This document shows positions 17,221-20,000 of a stretch of 20,000 nt of DNA, one piece after another. The stretch lies in NCBI RefSeq assembly GCF_004765795.1, contig NZ_SBIV01000009.1, forward strand, positions 109,603-129,602, given 5' to 3'. How positions within the stretch are numbered: the stretch's first letter is position 1; each line of letters begins with the position of its first letter. The notes under the pieces are model-generated. The model did no database searches. It had not been told where the DNA came from and was given only the letters and a program-made list of their open reading frames with translations. The position numbers and the translations under genes are program-made. Source of the DNA: Halorussus marinus (GTDB taxonomy: Archaea; Halobacteriota; Halobacteria; Halobacteriales; Haladaptataceae).

Positions 17221-17891
<671 letters not shown>

Positions 17892-17923
17892 ACCCCTTTA
17901 GTATGGGCAGAGGACTTGCAATT

Positions 17924-18202
17924 TTATTCAATTATTATACTATATATGACAAATAGGTAGCCGACGGTCGTGATGAGATAGTTGACCGACAGGAGCGTCC
18001 GAGTGTTCTGGAAGTCGGTGAGGAAGGCGCTCACCGTGGTTCCGATCGCGGCCGCGACGATCAGGCTGAACCCGACCGAGAGGTGAAACATCGCCTGCCG
18101 GGAGGTCCGGTTGTACGCCCGGACCGAGAGCCCGACCATCGAGAGCCCGGCGAGCGTGAGGGTGAGACTGAACGCGACGTACAGCAGTTCTATCGTTTCC
18201 AT
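17924..18202 (-). CDS. Small three-TM membrane protein, 92 aa (resembles the family I recall as DUF7521)
   Basis: Likely start is ATG 18202 (METIELLY...). Three hydrophobic helices with an RAYxRT...LSVGF pattern, directly downstream of the wHTH gene. Confidence 0.8.
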   Translation of the reverse strand: METIELLYVAFSLTLTLAGLSMVGLSVRAYNRTSRQAMFHLSVGFSLIVAAAIGTTVSAFLTDFQNTRTLLSVNYLITTVGYLFVIYSIIIE

Positions 18203-18254
18203 GGGTGATCGTGCTGAGAGGCCGGAGTCGGAGCCGATGCAGTCAGTTGGGCGG

Positions 18255-18593
18255 TCATTCCGCTTTGAGGTCCCGCCAGACGTCGGCGAGCGAGTTCTCC
18301 TCATCGGGTCGATCCTCGGCCTCGACGTCGATCTGTCGCTCCTCGAACGAGACCTCGAGCGTGTCGATATTCCGGCGGTACACCTTCGTTCGGCGGCCCT
18401 CCTCCGAGAACTCCCGGCCGGACAGTTCGAGCAGTTCGGCCTCGGTGAGCTCCTCGATGCGACGGTAACTGGTCGCGATCGGGATCTCGAGCTCGTCGCT
18501 CAGCTCCTGGGCCGACTTGGGCTCGTTAGTGGCTCTGAGTATCTCGGCGTTGTACTTGTTGCCGAGCACCCGAAGGAGTTCCACGGCCTCCAT
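18255..18593 (-). CDS. Winged helix-turn-helix transcriptional regulator (ArsR-like)
   Basis: SAQELSDELEIPIATSYRRIEEL forms the HTH, followed by a GRRTKVYRR wing. Confidence 0.9.
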   Translation of the reverse strand: MEAVELLRVLGNKYNAEILRATNEPKSAQELSDELEIPIATSYRRIEELTEAELLELSGREFSEEGRRTKVYRRNIDTLEVSFEERQIDVEAEDRPDEENSLADVWRDLKAE

Positions 18594-18617
18594 CAGTTCC
18601 GGTTTCCTAAGCGGGGG

Positions 18618-18624
18618 TTAAAAA
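18618..18624 (-). promoter_or_regulatory. TATA box of the wHTH gene
   Basis: TTTTTAA on the minus strand 25-31 nt upstream of ATG 18593. Confidence 0.65.
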
Positions 18625-18691
18625 GATACCGTAGCAGACCAGTCAGCGGGGGCGCAGTGTCGGCGTCGGAACTGATAAGTTACCCCCGCGG

Positions 18692-19117
18692 ATGACACCA
18701 ACTATGTCCCAAACAGTGGGCGACGTGCAAGTCCTCGAATTCCGGCTCGAGGACCGAAAATACTGCATCGACATCGCGCACGTCGACGAGATCGTGGACA
18801 AAGACGAACTGACACCGCTTCCGAACTCCGATCCTCGTGTCGAAGGCGTGATGGATCTCCGCGGGACGACGACGACCATCATCAACCCGAAGAAGGTGCT
18901 CGACTTAGAGGAGTCCGAGACCGGCAATCGCATCATCGTCCTCGAAACCGACGACGAGGACTCGGAGGTCGGGTGGCTCATCGACGCCGTGAATCAGGTC
19001 GTCAGCCTCGACGACGAGACGGTCGACGAGAGCGTCGACAGCGACTCGGTCAAGGGGATCGTCCGCCAGGACGACGGGTTCGTCGTCTGGGTCAAGCCCG
19101 AAGAGATCAACGGATAG
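18692..19117 (+). CDS. cheW: Chemotaxis coupling protein CheW
   Basis: VLEFRL...YCIDI..VDEIV, TPLPNS..VEGVMDLRG and GWLIDAVNQV. The true start may be ATG 18704. Confidence 0.95.
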   Translation: MTPTMSQTVGDVQVLEFRLEDRKYCIDIAHVDEIVDKDELTPLPNSDPRVEGVMDLRGTTTTIINPKKVLDLEESETGNRIIVLETDDEDSEVGWLIDAVNQVVSLDDETVDESVDSDSVKGIVRQDDGFVVWVKPEEING

Positions 19118-19149
19118 GGTCACCGATCGGAAACGTCGGTCACCGATCG
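19118..19149. repeat. 12-bp direct repeat at the convergent cheW/glmU junction
   Basis: GGTCACCGATCG occurs at 19118-19129 and 19138-19149; the second copy contains the glmU stop codon. Confidence 0.6.
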
Positions 19150-20000
19150 CGAGTGAGGGTCTCGCCGGGCGCGGTGGTGGCGCCGGCCGACAGCTTCACC
19201 CCGGCGTTCAGGCTGGTGTTGATCGCGGTCTTGGCCCCGTCGCCAGCCACCACCCCGAACTTCCGGCGCCCCGTCGACACCCGCTCGCCTTTCACCGTGA
19301 ACTCGACCGCCTCCCCGTCGTGACGCAGGTTCGCCACGTTCGTCCCCGCCCCGAAGTTCACGTCCCGCCCCAGCACGCTGTCGCCGACGTAGCTCAGGTG
19401 CGCGACGTGCGTCCCCCGACCCACCACGCTGTTTTTGAGCTCGACCCCGTGCCCGATCTCGGCGTCCTCGCCGATCAAGGTCGCCCCGCGAACGTACGCG
19501 TTCGGACCGACGCTCGCCCCGCTTCGGATCAACGCCGGCCCCTCGATCACGACCCCGGCGTCGACCCTCGCGCCCGCCTCGACCACCACGTCTCCCCGGA
19601 GGTCGGCGTCCTCGTGGACCTCGCCCCGGAGCTCGCGGTCGAGCTCGCCCAGTTTCCACTCGTTGGCCGCGAGCAGTTCCCACGGCCGGCCCACGTCGAG
19701 CCACCGATCGAGTTCGACGTACCCCACCTCGTACTCGTCGACCACTCGCGCGAGCACGTCGGTGAGTTCGTGTTCGCCGCGCTCGCTCGCGGAGACGTCG
19801 AGCCACGCGGTCGCTTCCGCGGGGAACGCGTACGCGCCGGCGTTCGCCAGCGTCGTCGGCGGATCCGTGGGCTTTTCGACCACGTCGGTGACGAGCCCGT
19901 CGCGGGTCGAGAGCACGCCGTAGTTCGACGGGTCGTCGACCCGAACTGCGCCGATGGTCGGACCGTCGGCGAACAGCGCGTCGACGGCGCCGGGATCGTA
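19140..20000 (-). CDS. glmU: Bifunctional sugar-1-phosphate nucleotidylyltransferase/acetyltransferase (archaeal GlmU-like), 5'-truncated by the window edge
   Basis: Frame is open to base 20000 (YDPG...DPSNYGV). Contains VEKP, SERGEHELTD, WLDVGRPWELL, hexapeptide repeats and HLSYVGDS...NFGAGT. Confidence 0.92.
   Translation of the reverse strand, partial: YDPGAVDALFADGPTIGAVRVDDPSNYGVLSTRDGLVTDVVEKPTDPPTTLANAGAYAFPAEATAWLDVSASERGEHELTDVLARVVDEYEVGYVELDRWLDVGRPWELLAANEWKLGELDRELRGEVHEDADLRGDVVVEAGARVDAGVVIEGPALIRSGASVGPNAYVRGATLIGEDAEIGHGVELKNSVVGRGTHVAHLSYVGDSVLGRDVNFGAGTNVANLRHDGEAVEFTVKGERVSTGRRKFGVVAGDGAKTAINTSLNAGVKLSAGATTAPGETLTRDR

Noticed and set aside
18203..18304. Upstream extension of the membrane protein to 126 aa
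   Set aside because: It overlaps the wHTH gene and is hydrophilic and atypical. ATG 18202 is the more plausible start.

Overview
High-GC window with acidic proteins, typical of a haloarchaeon (Halobacteria). Bases 1-12577 (+ strand) are a surface-glycan/EPS locus: a translationally coupled run of DegT-type aminotransferase, Gfo/Idh/MocA dehydrogenase, NDP-sugar dehydrogenase and WecB-type 2-epimerase (the WbpE/B/A/I-like diacetamido-uronic acid set), then a polysaccharide deacetylase and a FemAB-like GNAT, a polytopic membrane protein, a Wzx flippase, an NPP/alkaline-phosphatase-family enzyme and an SDR epimerase. A 55-aa minus-strand gene missed by the ORF track lies inside this locus, and an exact 9-mer (ATAACAAAG) recurs upstream of three of its genes. 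Bases 12682-19117 are a partial chemotaxis locus: cheF1, a soluble transducer with a divergent globin-like domain plus PAS, a HEAT-repeat protein, a decayed tnpB relic apparently joined to an IS6-type tail, a small membrane protein with a wHTH regulator, and cheW. The window ends in a 5'-truncated glmU-like gene. All family assignments come from motif recognition by eye; no database search was run.
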